A DNA stretch of 63,335 bases, counting the filler, from Octopus bimaculoides (taxonomy: Eukaryota): assembly GCF_001194135.2 (NCBI RefSeq). It is 6 parts of 6 records of this genome, joined end to end, with 100 filler letters (N's around TTAATTAATTAA, not from the genome) between each part and the next. Parts side by side here need not be neighbours in the genome. Positions count along the whole stretch, not along the records: positions 62,163 to 63,335 come from NC_069007.1; 5 more parts are not named here. One strand, given 5' to 3'. The notes beneath the pieces were generated by a model, which saw nothing but the letters and a program-made list of their open reading frames with translations, was not told the origin of the DNA and made no database searches. Within the stretch, counting starts at the first letter, position 1. Each line of letters starts with the position of its first letter. Made by a program: the position numbers and the translations under genes. This document shows positions 63,245-63,335 of this stretch, in pieces.

Positions 63245-63335
63245 CTGACATCGAGGACTGGAAGCTATCTGAATATTGTAAAAGAGTTACCTGTTTCATG
63301 ATGATTTGCGCCGGTGTCAAAATACTGATATCATG

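Overview
AT-rich, gap-riddled eukaryotic (metazoan) genomic DNA. The tRNA-derived SINE families, microsatellite load and repeat landscape point to an octopod cephalopod; this is an inference from remembered repeat families, not a database match. Most of the window is microsatellites and decayed transposons: RTE, R4/Dong-like, CR1-like and Penelope-like retroelements, a Ty3/gypsy remnant, Tc1/mariner, Tigger, hAT-type and palindromic MITEs, and at least three SINE families. The only convincing host coding feature is a minus-strand exon (59294-59475) encoding a signal peptide plus an LRR N-terminal cap (LRRNT). No downstream exon was recognised, so much of the window may be intronic. Best leads: (1) four type-I hammerhead-ribozyme-like motifs, three within about 2 kb at 42.8-44.7 kb among Penelope-like fragments, all with a self-complementary stem III and a non-canonical base of stem II; (2) a 106-bp hammerhead-bearing insertion with a TGCAAA duplication at the apex of a palindromic MITE, whose unoccupied counterpart is also in the window; (3) R4/Dong-like fragments repeatedly abutting (TAA)n; (4) several long hairpins, one of pre-miRNA size. 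All structures were read by eye and none was computed. Gap-spanning and homopolymeric ORFs are artefacts.
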